Origin: a virus
Taxonomy: Duplodnaviria; Caudoviricetes
Length of the DNA: 45,163 nt
Reading direction: 5' to 3' (one strand)
IMG/VR virus record: IMGVR_UViG_3300048902_000189
Coordinates: 1 to 45,163 of that record
A program made the translations under genes and the position numbers. Shown piece after piece: positions 45,004 to 45,163 of the stretch. The notes beneath the pieces were generated by a model. The model was not told the DNA's origin and did no database searches. It saw only the letters and a program-made list of their open reading frames with translations. How positions within the stretch are numbered: position 1 is the first letter of the stretch; each line of letters begins with the position of its first letter.

Positions 45004-45163
45004 TGGACAGCTACGACAAGACACTGCTGGGCGTCATTGGAGCGATTGCGCTGGTCGTGGTGACCCTGATCGTGGCGTCGTTCTGGTACTACAAGACGAC
45101 AACGATTGCGTACATCGAGCACGGCTACACGCGCGCGGCGGTGCCCGGCGAGGCCGGCGCGCA
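45003..45163 (+). CDS. Small single-TM membrane protein spanning the circular junction (continues to TGA at 141-143; 58 aa, MDSYDKTLLGVIGAIALVVVTLIVASFWYYK...WVKP)
   Basis: ATG overlaps the upstream TGA (TGATG); hydrophobic 20-aa stretch; stop overlaps the next GTG. Confidence 0.75.
   Translation, partial: MDSYDKTLLGVIGAIALVVVTLIVASFWYYKTTTIAYIEHGYTRAAVPGEAGA
45037..45163 (+). repeat. Terminal direct repeat, right copy
   Basis: Exact match to 1-127. Confidence 0.95.

Larger units (their letters stand above)
1..45163. mobile_element. Complete circular tailed bacteriophage genome (Caudoviricetes, podovirus-like morphogenesis module), unit length 45,036 bp
   Basis: Terminase-portal-scaffold-capsid-adaptor-nozzle-ejection-lysis gene order; terminal 127-bp identity; an ORF reads through the end/start junction; no host housekeeping genes. 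Confidence 0.93.

Overview
The window is an apparently complete, circular, high-GC tailed-phage genome. Bases 1-127 are repeated exactly at 45037-45163, so the unit length is 45,036 bp; the 127-bp overlap looks like an assembler k-mer overlap. The layout is podovirus-like (P22/T7-type, no tape measure or sheath). (i) A + strand early/accessory operon starts at a sigma70-like promoter near 42184 and wraps through the junction to about 9400. It carries a RecT-like annealase, many small genes, a pentapeptide/glycoside-hydrolase-like fusion, two C5 DNA methyltransferases and a VRR-NUC-like nuclease. (ii) A - strand block at 9280-13372 carries an HExxH protease-like gene and a third methyltransferase. 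(iii) A ~0.9 kb non-coding divergent region follows. (iv) The late region holds HNH, a beta-helix protein, terminase, portal, scaffold, capsid, adaptor, nozzle, ejection proteins including an 1808-aa polyvalent protein, an M15 endolysin and holin-like genes. I recognised no integrase, CI-like repressor, polymerase, primase or helicase. The strongest unexplained signal is a structured leader RNA at 42218-42314. Its apical segment is complementary to its own 5' end, to the RBS of the gene after the RecT-like gene, and to the RBS of a gene in the opposite-strand operon, which resembles a P4 CI / P1 C4-type antisense switch. Also notable are an M.EcoHK31I-type methyltransferase beta subunit nested in an alternative frame, a ~330-nt structured intergenic RNA, and small genes bracketed by short direct repeats. 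All protein calls are by motif recognition and synteny; no searches were run.
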